NCBI GenBank assembly: GCA_963693365.1
Contig: CAVNZM010000004.1
Coordinates: 10,754,468-10,818,467, forward strand
Direction: 5' to 3'
DNA: 64,000 bases
From: Amoebidium appalachense
Taxonomy: Eukaryota > Protista > Ichthyosporea
In this document: piece by piece, positions 13,082-61,142 of the stretch
How positions within the stretch are numbered: position 1 is the first letter of the stretch
How the letters are laid out: each line of letters begins with the position of its first letter
Notes under the pieces: model-generated
What the model saw: the letters and a program-made list of their open reading frames with translations, nothing else
Database searches by the model: none
Told to the model about the DNA's origin: nothing
Made by a program: the position numbers and the translations under genes

Positions 13082-13938
13082 TTCCCCCGCTGCGGCCGGC
13101 CGCCCGACTCTTGGAAGCCCAGGACGATACATAAAATATAAAACAATTACAAAGTAGGAATATGGTAGTGATGCACAAGAAGGCTGCTTTACTGGAAGAA
13201 GAGGTCAGCTCAAGCTGCCTAGTATAATAATATAAAATTCATGAATACACCATTCAATAAATTTACATAGGAGCACACTTAATAACGAGCCACTAATATT
13301 TCGCGTTAATCTAAATTTAATTTTTATGACTAGAAGGTGACAATACATTCCATAAGATTCGCGCAGTTGTTTCTGTAAACAAGAAAGCCCCAGAGCACTT
13401 TTTTTTGGCTAGAAAGATATTCATAGCGCCGAATCTCTAACTGATATTACATCCACCATACACTGCGGCATTAATAGATTGACTTTCTTCACGTAGGATT
13501 GCTGAGTAGATTGTTCATTATGTACCGACATACACACGTTAATATCACTAAACCTTTTAACATCGATGTCGGCGTCTAATCATAAGTTCCAATGGCCACA
13601 ACTGATTGCTTGAGCAGAGGGGGAAACAGGGGGTGAGCCGCACACAACACCGTGGCACTGATATTTAGTAGGGAAGGCTAACACTTTCGATAGACAGTAA
13701 CTAGAGCTTATATACTATGGCAGTAGGGGTTTCTCAAGAGTCTACCCGAAATCTGTGCATTTATAGTTAGTCTCCCCGCTGTAGAATTATAATTTGAGAT
13801 CTGCTAAATTTTAGTCCTCAGGCTTAGTAACAGAACTTTCTTATTGAATAATTTTGGCCTGGGGGAAGGGGGTGGTGGTGGTGGTGGTGGTGGTGGCGGC
13901 GGCGGTGGGCGAGGCGGGAGGGATGGAGTGGGTGGGGG

Positions 13939-13993
<55 letters not shown>

Positions 13994-14156
13994 GGGGGGG
14001 GGGAGGGGGGGGGGGGGGGGGGGCAAGAGAAACTGAATCGGTTCTGCAAACTATCATGCAATGACCATGCACCATACCCACTACAGGGCCCACTCACCGT
14101 GCCGCCACACACCATCCCACCACACGGCCACAATCCCCCGCATCACGTGATTTACA

Positions 14157-19573
<5,417 letters not shown>

Positions 19574-20858
19574 CTGGGTATTTCAATATTAGGGGTGAGA
19601 TGGGTATATTTTTAGGGCCGAGCTGTGTATATTTTAAGGTGTGGGGTGTATTTCTTTAAAGATGAGGGGTGTATTTGTCTTTAAGGAAAAGGGGTGTATG
19701 GCATGAAAAGCACACACACACACCCACAGACAGACAGACACACACACACATAGCTGCAGCAATCGGGTTCTCGTTGCTTATGATCATGGTGCACACACGT
19801 TATCACAGTACACGGTGTGTGTGTGTGTCTTTCTGTGTGTGCATTGTGTCGGCGAGTACAATACACATGTTGTGTGTCTGTGTCTGGTGCCATCTGCATC
19901 GTCTGACACGCCTTGTATATCTACCCGGGCATCCAGATTAGTCATTTGAACACCAAACGCCTAAGACCGCCAGGTTCTACGTATTTTTGTGTGCGCATAT
20001 TGTTCATGCGTTCTTGCCACCACATAATGCCATGTGCATGGAGGAAGAATCTTCCACCTAAATGGGCATTACACAGCGCGTATGTTATCGGTCCCAGTGT
20101 GGCCCCTTCTTTGAATGTGCGGCACACCGCAAGAAGTGTACTAGGTGTGTCTGTGTGTGTGCCTGTGTGTGTCTGTTTGTGTCTGACTGTGTCTGTGCGT
20201 GTATAGATGCGTGCATCTGCTCCCTCTCCCCCCCCCGCCCCCCGTGTGCCTGTACCCACCTGCCCCTGTCCTCTACACGTGTCCTGAAACCTCACAACTG
20301 TTGTCTCTGACTGCGTGCCGTTAGAGGTGCTCGGTAACATTCGTGTGAAACTGCCTGCATGCCGCGAGTCCTTGGGTTTGTCTGGTGTCTTTTTTGTAGA
20401 AACATCAACACTCCCGGGCAAGGGAACTATAGATGGCCCTGTTGTACTGGTGCTTATTAAGGATAAACCCGTGAGGGAGGCACGGAATCGTGACGGTGGC
20501 ATCTTCGAATCTAGTTGTATGTTTTGGGCGGAAGAGTTGCAAAAGTAAATAGGTGGCGTGACTAACTCTAAATTGACAGGTTTGTGGCTACAAAGTTGGG
20601 GCGGCCCAGGCTCGTCACATCATGTGACAAAGATCGTATCACCGTAAATGACAGGGAGAGCTTTGAAATGAAAGTGTTAACCATTACCCAGAAATATCCC
20701 TGCCCCAGGATTTATTTGTAAACCTTCATTCGAGCCTTCTAATATCTACTTCACTGCATGAGCGTGACGAATAGGATGTTGCTCACAGCAAAAACACACA
20801 TGGCACCCTATGTGCGTACTTGCCAGGCTGGTCAGGGAATTTCCGTCGTTCCCTTCGC

Positions 20859-20996
20859 CCCAATCAAAACGCTTAATTTCCTAAATGAAATGTTACGTCA
20901 TAGTTTCCGGCGTCTCCTCCGATTGGTCAGTTGACGTTTATATCCAATAAACGCGCCGCATTTAGAGCTAGTGCACAATACATTGATTGGCTGAAA
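20859..20996. promoter_or_regulatory. Putative promoter: cluster of CCAAT boxes plus a CRE-like site, upstream of the GPCR gene
   Basis: Four CCAAT/ATTGG motifs (~20860, 20922, 20945, 20986) and GTTACGTCAT (ATGACGTAAC) at ~20892 within 140 bp. Confidence 0.3.
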
Positions 20997-21295
20997 AATC
21001 CATCATCGCCAAAGTCTTTACAACCAAAAATAAACAATACTTTACTCATATGCAAGCTAACGTTTTAATCAACAAAATTATTTTATCAATTAGTTTTATA
21101 TATATTAAAAGATTTTAGCCCTTTATATATGTTGTTAATTTTAGATTTCGACCTAATGATATAACCAATCCGTATGCTGGTACTAATTTGTTTGCCACCC
21201 TTCTCCGCCAAAGTCCCCGCCCCGGAATGTGAACTTTAGCACTGCTGCTGGTATAGAGGTGCGCTGGGATGATTACACAAAAGCTGACCAGGTAT

Positions 21296-22892
21296 CGATT
21301 CTGTCTCCCCTGGTCTCGATTCTGTCTCCCCTGGTCCCGATTCTGTCTCCCCTGGTCTCCTATGGGAAAAGCTTGCTGCACGGGGTGTACCACACTGCAT
21401 TGGTGTTCTGTTAGAAGCACTCTTGTCTCAAACCTATGGTAGAGCTGTGGTTAATGGGCATCTTTCATATGGTTTTGCTCGTACTAGAGGTCTCTTGCAG
21501 GGTTCATTGCTTAGCCCCTTTTTGTTTAACCTATTTATAGATGATTTGGCTGTCAAGATTTACGCCGAAAACGATGACCCTATTAATAACTTTCCGCCTG
21601 CACTTCTCTATGCTGATGATCTGTCCCTCCTTGCCCGTACCCCTAGACGCCTGCAAAGATTGTTCGATGTAGTGTCAGAGTGGTGCAAGGCAAACCTTAT
21701 GATCCTTAACATAGACAAATGTGGTGTTCTTGTACCTGATATAGCTAACAATTTACACACATTTACATTATCATCTAAACCTGTACCTATAGTTCCAGAA
21801 TACAAATATCTTGGTGTTCCGGTTGATTCTGTTGGTGTTATGTTTCCCCATATGGTCGAAAAGAGGGTAGAGTTGGCTCGTAAGCGGTTAGCTTTCTTCT
21901 CGGCTAATATTTTTAAAGACACACCCCTCCATCCTTCTATTAGACTTACATTTATTCGCACTTTTGTCTTCCCGGCATGTGAATATGGTTTACCCCTTCT
22001 CGCCGCTTGGATCAAGAAAGAGAGAACTAGAGCGCTTAAACCCTTGGCAAATTTCCTTGAAGCAGAAGTTGCCTCCTTTCTATCTAACAACTGTTGTAAA
22101 CCTGGGCCTGTAACGCTCTCGATATATGGTCTGGTCCCAATAGCTGCTAGAGTATCCTATCTCGCGCTGAAATTCAATAAGCACATAAGCCGCTTAAAGA
22201 AGTATTTGCCCTCCCACCCTCTCTTCTCTATCCGACCTGTCCCCTCCTCACCTCTCCCCTCTTTCCCTCCCCTCTCTCTCCCCTTCTCCCCTGGGCACAA
22301 ATACAAATAAACCCCGCAATAGTGTGTGTGTGACTTTGGACTGCCACTTACTTATTAAACATGTACACAATCACAAGATAATCACGCAATATAACAAATG
22401 GAAAAAGATACCAAACGACACTAGACCCGATGAAAGCATACACCTTGAAAAACTAAGCCTTATGTCTCGTTTTATATATACTGACCGCCTCAACCATATT
22501 GCCAAATATGGCACTCGCAAGTGTATAACACCTAAATACATATTACCTTCCTGTAGAACTGGTCTTTCTCTAGCTGATGGTATTATTGATCAATTACCAC
22601 GCTTTTACTGTACACGTGCTATACAGTGGAGATCTAATAAGTATAAGGTGGCATCATTTGCATGCCCAAACAACACACACACACACCAGTTTAACCGGTC
22701 ATGTATCGCCAAATGTAGTTTGATAGACCACATAATACCGCAACACACACACGTCACATTCACAACAGACACCCAGAAAGATAGCCTACCTGTAAATTAC
22801 AACATCCTTGATTTTATACTAAACACGCGTAACTACGACCTGTTTATTAGATGTATTGATTGGCTTGAGAAACACATCACTACAAAATTATA

Positions 22893-22972
<80 letters not shown>

Positions 22973-23036
22973 CCAGCTGATACCGAGTGTCCCGAGGGAA
23001 GCCCCTTTAAAAAAATTAAAATTAAAATTAAAAAAA

Positions 23037-23073
<37 letters not shown>
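21296..23073 (+). mobile_element. 5'-truncated non-LTR (LINE-like) retrotransposon with reverse transcriptase
   Basis: Frame 21297-22310 reads DSVSPGLLWEKLAARGVP..RGLLQGSLLSPFLFNLFIDDL..YADD..KC..YKYLG (RT motifs). After a frame break, 22324-22893 encodes a C-terminal domain (IQWRSN..C..FNRSCIAKC..ILDFILN). Stop is followed by (CA)n at 22896-22970 and an A-rich tail at 23009-23073. Confidence 0.92.
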
Positions 23074-23075
<2 letters not shown>

Positions 23076-25156
23076 GGGGAACCCCAACTAATTGATTTCT
23101 CCTTGTAGTCTTTATGGTGTCTCGTAGAGAAAGTAAACCCTGATATATAGTCACCACCCGACATCTATGTACGTGATCATGATATACCGCTGAGGGGATA
23201 TTCCGAGCAAAACCCCCCCCATACCTGAGACTGGTTCTCTTTGCCTCGAGTAAACAGCGTAAACCCCCCAGCTTTATCTCAGATAATATTCTCGGTGCAG
23301 CTTCTCGATGCAATGCGCGGACACATGTCTCGTACACAGGACTTTCAAACAAGCCTGAGTGTGTACGATAAAGTGAACGGACAGAAGAAAGTCAAGTAAC
23401 TTGGCAGGCAGGGGTACATACACACACGAACAGAGAAGATACTATTAGTAACGGCGGAAGCTCTGACTGCTCGCTGTGATCAGCCGAGTGACTCAGCCGA
23501 CTCGTCAGCTGAGCACGTGCTGAACTCAGTACAATGCTGATGCGCAAGTTTTATCCTGCGGGTATTTAGCGACTCGGATATGATGGTTTTTAAATTTACT
23601 TTTGAACAGGCTCTAGCACTTCTGCAATTCTTCTATGTATGTATTATTTTGATATCTTTCAGCTACGTGTGCCTGAAAAACTTTCTGGCATGAGCAGTAA
23701 AGTTATTTTTTTCTTTTCTTTTCTTTTCTCCCCCTCCACTTTATAAAAATTTCTGGTGCACCGTGCATGCGAAAGTATATAAAAAGCACATTCCAAGCGC
23801 ATTCCACAGGCTTCAAGTCCACTGATTCAACAGCCGAATTCTCTTCTCAGCTGAGCCAGCCACAATCGTCTCAGAAGGCTCGAGCCCCATCACCACAAAC
23901 GCGATCCCATTATCCACCAAGTAGACCAATCGCAGTCTGTTTAAATAATTAAAAAGTGCGTTGTCGAATATGATTGGTGAATGACTCACCTTTTGCGGAA
24001 ATAATCTTGAACCATTTCCAGCAAAGAGTTTTCCTTTCCCCGCAACTGTTTAAACAAAATATATAAAAATTCTGTAAATAGTTAAACATAATCATTTTAA
24101 AGTTAAAATTTTAATATTTCAGCCGGCACGAGCCGGCTCAGCAGCCGGGACGATTAGTCTCCAACAAGGCATGGCACAAGTAAGGGTATCTGATGTAAGA
24201 CTATCAGTACACTCTATATTGGAGGGTTTTCATTGGGGAGCCACTTTCATCCACGTACTTGTAGGAGGCCTTTGGTACGCTATTTAGCCATCTTGTACCC
24301 GCTGGCTTACGTAAGTGGCCGGGGCGGCCTACGACTCTGCGGCAACATGCCGGGTATGTTAGAGGCCGCAGGGAGACAGCACTCAAAGTGACCAGTTAGT
24401 ATGTCTGATAAGAATATTTATCAGTTCAGACCCTACATCATGATGTCATGAGAGGGCCCGGCTGCTGCACTGCCGCTGCAGCCTGCATGCTGGGAGAAGG
24501 CGACCTTAGGGGGGAAAAGGGGGGGGGGGGGTCCCTGGTCTGGAAGACATCAGGTTATATACATGAGAGCTACCACCTACTGAGTTGGTGCCTCATTTTC
24601 CTTCCTTCCTCAGCAGATATGTCTCGCTAGTAATGATAATGCTTATCTGTGTACGTGAAGTGACTGCTGCGAATCCGAAGAAGGAAGGCTGCGAAGAAAA
24701 AATACTGCGGCCTGCGAAGAAGGAAGGAAAAATCGTCGGCGAGCCGACTTAGCTCCGAGATGGCGCGTGACACCGTCAGTACGTGTCAGACATGAGAGTG
24801 CAACCTCAAACAACATGACTCACAGTCTGGCTGGTGTTACCGTTGAAGTTGTGTGGTGGTGTGTGCGTGCGCCGGTGTGCGCAAGCCGCGGTGCCACGGT
24901 GCGTGTGTGTGTGTGTGTGTTACAGATCATCGGAGTTCACTCATGAACAACTCAGTGTGTTTTTGTGCTCCTGCCACGCGGCAAGTAACAGCTTGAAAGC
25001 GTCAGACTGTGTAACCTGATCTACACAGTCCGGCCGAAACGTGTCGGCCACCCGTCAACGTTATACTATGCGTATGTGTAGTGTGCGGTTTGTGTGGGTG
25101 TGAGTGCGCTTCAAGGTGTGTGCGTGTGTCACAGTGTGTATGCATGTGTTTGTTTG

Positions 25157-25189
<33 letters not shown>

Positions 25190-25243
25190 ACATGTGTAGT
25201 GTGTGTGCGTACGTGTGTGTGTGTGTTTGTGTATTTGTGCGCC

Positions 25244-25318
<75 letters not shown>

Positions 25319-25510
25319 ACTGTCTGTGCGTGTGAGGGTGTGTGTGTGTGTGTGCGTGCGTGTGTACGTGCGTGCGTGTGTGTGTGTGCGTGTGTGTGCG
25401 TGTGTGTATCGCACGGTGGATGCCACTTGGTGCTCGGGTGCGTGCGTCAAGAGTATGTGTTCTGTGGCTGTGTGCTAGTTGCCTTTGCGTGTGTAGGATG
25501 GCGCGCGTGC

Positions 25511-25562
<52 letters not shown>

Positions 25563-25653
25563 ATGTGTTTTTGTGTGTGTACGCGTGTGATCTCGTGTGC
25601 GTGCGCCAGTGTACCGTGTCTGCACGTGCACGCACGTGTGCTGCTTCCTGTGT

Positions 25654-25714
<61 letters not shown>

Positions 25715-26132
25715 GTGTGTGTGCTGTGTGTGTGTGCATGCGTGCATGTGTGGTGTTTGCAACGCACGGTGCATGTGTATGTTCGTTAGCCCGCGAGCAT
25801 GAGTGTCCGTGCGCATCTGTGTGTGTGCCGCACTATATCGCGTCTTCAAGGAAGAATATTTGTGTGCTTGTGCCCTGAGTACCAGGGCTACTAGATCTGT
25901 GCGTAGAGCCACACGATGGCTTCTCGTGCACTCAAGGTGGTGTTAAGATTTGCATCGATACCTATGCCAAGAGTAAATAGTCGCCTTCATTCATAACACC
26001 TGAGGTGCACGTGCCATTCCATTCCTCTTACGCATTTCGCCTCCGGTACATAAGGCCTCCCAAATCTCCCGTTTCATTAGCCACCCCGTGGCCTAGTTGA
26101 CCGTCGGTTGCTCGCGCTTTCCTCACGAGCCT

Positions 26133-45603
<19,471 letters not shown>

Positions 45604-45916
45604 GGTGTTTAAAACTTTAACACGAGATATTCATGGGGTGTTGTTTTTATGCTAATTCACTGTGTGCCCAGCCTCATCCCCCTCCCCCCACCCCCTTTCC
45701 CCTTTCCCCAAAACTCATGCATTTTTCTTTTCATGATGCAGCTTCGACAGTCCGGGGTGTTGTTATGGGCTAATCTGGCTTTGCTCCCATATTACTATAA
45801 ATGATGAATACCCATTGAACTACCGTCATCTCACTCAGTTACCAATAATATTAATATTATAAATTATTGTTACTAACATTCGATTCGGATGGGGTGGGAG
45901 GGGTGGGTGGGTGGGT

Positions 45917-45953
<37 letters not shown>

Positions 45954-46208
45954 TCAGGGCACTCAGTGACTTTTAGGGTTATTGGTGCATTCACGGAAAG
46001 CTCTACAGTAGCGCATGTGAATGGGGCAAAGTATATTGCCCATTTTTGGCAAGCGGGTTTTCCAAATTTGGTGTGGTAGTATAGCTCTGCATGCGCCTGT
46101 TGTAAACAAGAACATTTTGACAAGGGGAGTTTTCACGTGATGGGGAGAGGGCAGGAGGGGGGGGGGGGGGGGGGGGGGGGGAGGGAAGAATAATGGGACA
46201 CTGAAACC

Positions 46209-46246
<38 letters not shown>

Positions 46247-46708
46247 CTTTTTTTTTTTTTTGTCCCTCTCATCATGTAAAAGACTCTATAAGGTTAATGA
46301 TTGACCCCTGTTCTGGGTCATTCACCTCACTCAAGTCAATAGCATACTTAGCTTAAGCTTTGTTCATCATGACTCGTATGTATCACGGCGATCCGCCATA
46401 CAACCATATATGTACTGTATGTGTGAACATGAAACCAGTCCCATAGCAAAAACCACAGGACGGCCTATAAGCCCAAAAAGGCATTTGGCCCAGGGTCGGC
46501 ACAAAATGGTCCAAAGCACTTCAGTACGTATACACTGTGTGTACACTGAGTGTCAATAGGATGACTATAGGTGTGGAGTCGACGTCTGGTGTAATATGAT
46601 GTATTAATAAATATTCTTGGTGTTACTCATAAAGGAGGTGGTGGTATACATGTGAATTGATATGTATACGTACAGGGTGTGTGCTGTTCGGGCGGGAAGC
46701 CGGCTGGT

Positions 46709-46767
<59 letters not shown>

Positions 46768-47101
46768 ATGTGCGTGTGTGTGCGTGCGTGTGTGTGTGCG
46801 TGTGTGTCACGGTGCGTGTGTCTGTGTGTGTGCTCGTGTGTGTGTGTGTGTGAGGGGGGGGGGGGAGGGGTGGATGAGGGGGGCTAGGTCTATGATTTTA
46901 ACAGTTGTGATGCCTGAATGTACGTATCATATTCAACCAATTGCAATGCACTCCGGTGCACGAAGCCCATGATCATAATGTTCTTGCACAAACCTTATGT
47001 GTATGCATAAGGTGCATCCGTCATGTGCACAGGGAATTGTGTTACCATTTTATGCATGTTAATCAATACACGCACGTGCATACATGTATAGCACGTGGAT
47101 A

Positions 47102-47137
<36 letters not shown>

Positions 47138-48043
47138 GGCGAATGTTCTTTCTCCCTCTTTGCTTTAGTTGTGTGTTCATGGTGGTGTTTGTACAAATTA
47201 ATGTGTAATGACTGCGCACGTGTTCACGCACGTGTTTGTACGGAAGGGGACAAGTGTGTTTTGAAGGTCTTAGTCACCCCTGGTGTGTTACCCCTGGTGT
47301 GAGGTGGTATGTACGTGAGAGAGGTGTGTGGTAAGTGCTTGCATGACTGTGCGTGTCCGTAGCGCGTGTGTGTGTACCTGTGTTTTTTTGTGTGCAAATC
47401 TGCCTGTCTCTATCTCGGAGTCCCTGTGTACGTGGGGATGTACATGTGTTTAGGTGTGTTAAGTGCGCGCGCACGTGAGGTTGTGTTTACGTGCATGTGC
47501 AATGCCATGTGCGTGCACACACTTTTGCATGCAGCAAATGTGCGTTCGTGTGTGTGCAGCACGCACACAAGTTCGTACCCACTTTCACAAGCACGCAGGC
47601 ATTTTGCATACCTTTATTTCGAAAATGTACAAGAAACGCTTTCATCAAGAAAGCAGCAACATTCGAAAAATACAAAACACTAGCTGCATCCACATACCAC
47701 CACTGTGACATTAAAAATACAGATGCCTGGCTGAAAACTGGTTTGTGTTTATCTATAATTCAAATTCCCAACGGCAACTTTAACCGTGGAAAACTTTTGT
47801 GTGCGTGCACTAGCGAAACTTCGAACTCGAGTCCTTTTGTCCATTGCCTTGTTCATTCATGCAACAAATGCACCGAAAAATATGTCGAAAATGGGGGAGA
47901 AAAGACAAGATAGCCCAACACTATACTACCAATAAGCAAAGGCATTCGGGGGGGGGGGGGGGGGGGGGGGGTAACATCCCCTTCCCCCCCTCTCTCCCCT
48001 TCACACGCACGTATGCACACATCACGCATGCACGCATCACGCA

Positions 48044-48161
<118 letters not shown>

Positions 48162-48345
48162 CAGACACACACACACACAATATGGTAGGAAAGTGTGATA
48201 GCAGAACATGGAAGTGCGATGGTAGAACGTGGAAGAATATCAAGGGAAAGAAGTGAGTCTGCCAAGAAGAAAACAGCGAAAAACTTGAAGTGTCATAAAG
48301 CGCCCAAAAACAAGCGCAGGTACTGTGTGCACACACTACCACGTG

Positions 48346-56832
<8,487 letters not shown>

Positions 56833-57541
56833 GGTATCTTATTATCGTGCACACGCGTACAAAAGCAGATGTATTTATTTCTTTTTTGTACCCTCTCTTT
56901 GTCCCTATCGGGCCCAAAACCCCCCCAAAACCTTCAGAGCTCACGCTGAGATTTCCGGATAGGTGTGAATTTTTATGTCGCGTTTTACCTCTTTCCCTCC
57001 GGGTATCTGCTACACTAGCTGGCAATGTGAACACTTTAGACTTTTTGTTGAATTCTGTTGGTCGTCACATTGAGTATTTATATGATTTTCACACAGTGTT
57101 CAGGTATTTCAGTATGCACTTGTTACTGGATAACTCGTGAAGTTTTTATTGTCTTCTCAGTATGCCGTGCATACTTGTCATATCTTTCCGTCGAATAAAT
57201 CCAGTCAAAAGAAAAAAAAGATTTCCGGACTGCCGGCATCACGTAATCGTTGGAGACCCATTTTATTCACCCAATCATCGCAGAATTGACATAACCTTTT
57301 TTAGCAGTAAAGGGCGGAGGCATCTATTTATAGAGCCTATTAGATTCGGTGAACTATAAATAGCAATAGGCCTCTGCCCACCGTGAGCCACACCGCGATC
57401 ACTGACTGACTGACTACGTATGATACAGTCGCGGCGGGCCTGTCGCGGCGGCTGTACGCTTCGTGTGTTTTCAGAGGGCCGTCGTTTCGTGTGTGTGTTA
57501 TGTGTTTGGGTGAACGTACGTGTCTGTAAGAGGTTTCAGCC
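56833..57541. promoter_or_regulatory. Probable bidirectional promoter region
   Basis: ~710 bp of AT-richer DNA free of long microsatellites between the divergent ATGs at 56832 (-) and 57542 (+). Confidence 0.45.
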
Positions 57542-57911
57542 ATGGCACACGCACTGAGGGTTCTTGCGGGCAGCCGGCCAGTCCTTGCGCTGGGCTTCGC
57601 CGTGGCCTCGACAGGGGCTAGCGCACTGTGCGAAGAAAAGGAGCCGCAGAAGGGTAAGCTATGTTGATCCGTAGGCGTTGTGTCGTGGAGTTCGCCGGAG
57701 TCCGTGTGTGGGCAGGGAGGGGAGCAGACTGTGGAGGAGGGTGGGGAGGGGGAGGGTGACGGGTGTGTGTGTGTGGGGGGAGGGGAGGGGAGGGGAGAGG
57801 GTGGGGGGGTACAGCACTTGCAAGATCGCGCATAAAGGGACAACACGGGCATGTCCGGAGAGACAAGCAGGTGGACGAATGGCGAATGTTGGAGCGAGAG
57901 AGAGAGGGAGA

Positions 57912-57994
<83 letters not shown>

Positions 57995-58101
57995 TGTGTG
58001 TGTGTGTGTGTGTGTGTGAGTGAGCGAGTGAGTGAATGAGATAGGCAGAGAAGGAGAGGATATATATATATGAATATAAATAGAGAGAGAAGGGGAGGGG
58101 G

Positions 58102-58164
<63 letters not shown>

Positions 58165-58749
58165 GAGAGACAGAGAGAGCACACACACACAGATAGAGAG
58201 AACACCTCACACAGAGAGACAAAGAGAGACAGGGCCTGAGGTACGACAGAGAGGGGGAGAAGGCGGGAGGAACAGGGAAAGGGAGGGGAGCGGGGGGAGG
58301 AGAGAGTTAGAGGGAGGGGAGAGAGAGAGAGAGAGAGAGAGAGTGTGTGTGTGTGGGTACGAGGGAGGGAGGGGAGGGAGGGAGCGGAGGGAGGGAGGGA
58401 GACGATTGGAGAACGACAGGGGGGGGGGTTGAGGGGGAGTGAGAGAGAGAGAGAGAGAGAGAAAGAGAGATAGAGAGAGAGAGAGAGAAAGAGAGGGAGA
58501 GAGAGAGACTGACCCTCTTGCAGTGAGCAGTCCGCTGGACACGTACAAGCAGCAGCTGGCCGACAACCCAGCCCTGCCCTTTGCCGGTGCTGTCTCCTTT
58601 GGCGCCATCACTGGTACGTGGCTCTCTGCCGGGTGTTTTCTATTGGTGCGTGTTTTGGTCCGAGCTTTCCTGTCCTCCTAGCTGTCATGTTTAAGAATAC
58701 AAAACCCCCACTAAAAGTGATGTGTACGACCTTGTGCATTCATACACAG

Positions 58750-58780
<31 letters not shown>

Positions 58781-58860
58781 AAAAAAGAAAAAAAAAAAAG
58801 ATCTTTCCGCCTCTCTTTCCTTACTACCCAGCGTTCCGCATACCTCTTTCCCTCCCTTCC

Positions 58861-58895
<35 letters not shown>

Positions 58896-59623
58896 AGGTT
58901 CTGTCTCACTCTCTTTCCTCCCTCACATCTCCCCGTCTATCTCCCGTTCTTCCTGTGGGAGGAGGGGAGGGAGGGGGAAAAGGCATGAATCCGTTTAGTG
59001 TTATAAGCCCCCCCCCCCTCCCCCCCCCACACACACACCTTTTCCACACGTTTATTGCAATTACACCTCGACTACAGCGGCTATACATCCCACGTACTTT
59101 CTCATCCTGCCCAATACGCGAGTAAGGGGCTTGGTTGAAAAGATGAAATCACAGGTGTCTACGTTCATGTTTCTTCGTTTCGTAGCTCTTCCCGGTACTT
59201 TTCTCCCTGCAACATCACCATGGAACTAACAGTTCAGAACCCCAATGTTCCAACTGAAAACCAACTTCCCCCTCCTCCCCCTCCAGGTTTCTGCTCCGGC
59301 TACACCACTGCTGTGAGTGTTCTACTTGAGTCGTTGCAGCACAGAAAAGCTGCTTCCTTTTTCCCTCTCCTTTTTCATCTACTTTTGCGTCTTCTTTATG
59401 CCAAAAGCATAAGTTCTCGAGCATTCACTGGACAAACCCCTTCATCCACGTGTCAATCACTTCGCCTGTGGTAGTCCACGGCTTGCCAAATTATCAGTCT
59501 AGGCAACCAAACCACTCTTACGCCTCCTTTGCCGGTATCTTAGTCGTTGCAGCGAGGTCTCGTTTTGAAAAGCTTCAGGGTTATGGAGGGAGGTCGCTAA
59601 ACTTGGGGCTGTGCCCGGGGGGT

Positions 59624-59654
<31 letters not shown>

Positions 59655-59729
59655 AGAGGGGGGGATTGGTGAATCGTTGTGTGAATAGTGTGTACATGTG
59701 GAGGTGGTGGTGGTGGTGGTGGTGGTGGT

Positions 59730-59804
<75 letters not shown>

Positions 59805-60003
59805 TCTCTCTGTGTGTGCGTGCTTGCCTGCATGTCCGTCCCTGCATACGTTGTCCTGTTTGTGTGTGTGCATGCGTGTGTGTGGACGCCACTTTGAGTG
59901 TGGTTGGTTTTACGGTATGCTTGCTATTAACCTTTCGAAATGCAGAAACTGGGCAAGGGTGCTGCATTGATCTTTGGCGGTGTCTTCATGACCTTTCAGG
60001 TAA

Positions 60004-60044
<41 letters not shown>

Positions 60045-60205
60045 CAACAACAACAAAAAAATACCACCACCACCACCACCACCTCAAAAAAAAAAAAAAA
60101 AAAAAAAAGGAGGAGGAGGAGGAGGAGGAAGGAGGAGGAGGAGGAAGGAGGAGGAGGAAGAAGAAGGGGAAGACACCCACCGGCACTACCTGCCCCCTCC
60201 CCCCC

Positions 60206-60237
<32 letters not shown>

Positions 60238-60536
60238 ACCCATATTTTTGCCTTTTCGTGTGCAGGGGGCAGGTACATGTTATCGTTAAGCATTGCTCGA
60301 ACCTCCCTTTAAATCCGGCACCCTTGCCGTTATATATCTACACTCGGGGGACCCATTGCCCCACTTCCGCAGTGCTCTTGATGATAGGTCTGCACACAAC
60401 GGTGCAAATGCATGGATATGAGGACGTCTGGGCGTGTGCGCACACACACACACACAGACATGCATGGGCACACACACACACACATGCACGGGCACACACA
60501 CATGTTCACACACACACACACGCTTTCACACCAAAA

Positions 60537-60634
<98 letters not shown>

Positions 60635-60965
60635 ACACACACACACACACACAAACAACTCACTCACACTCACACACAACCCGACACAATCCACTTTGTC
60701 CCACACACACCGACTTCATTATATCAGAATTCATTTTTCATCAAAACTAACATCTTCTTTTTTTTTTTTTTTCAGGCAGCAGCGTGGAATGGCTATGTGG
60801 TGGTGAACTGGGACAAGGTGGAGAAGGACGTGATGAGTGCACTGGACGTGAACAAGGACGGCAAGGTGGACATGGATGATGCTCGCTTCGCTGCCTCACG
60901 CACCATAGGTATGTCGGCCTGATGGGTGTGTGTGTGTGTGTGGGTGGGTGGGTGGGTGGGTGGGT

Positions 60966-61006
<41 letters not shown>

Positions 61007-61048
61007 CGTGGGTGTGTGTGTGTACGGGTGGTTGGGTGTGGGTGGGTG

Positions 61049-61142
<94 letters not shown>

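Noticed and set aside
19942-20502. 186-aa minus ORF as the first GPCR exon
   Set aside because: Plausible position, but I found no donor phase-compatible with the 19573 acceptor, so it is left unresolved.
21608-22090. 160-aa antisense ORF
   Set aside because: Shadow of the reverse transcriptase frame.
23460-24150. Scattered CAGCCG/CAGCTGAG motifs suggesting a DNA transposon
   Set aside because: No terminal inverted repeats, TSD or transposase found.
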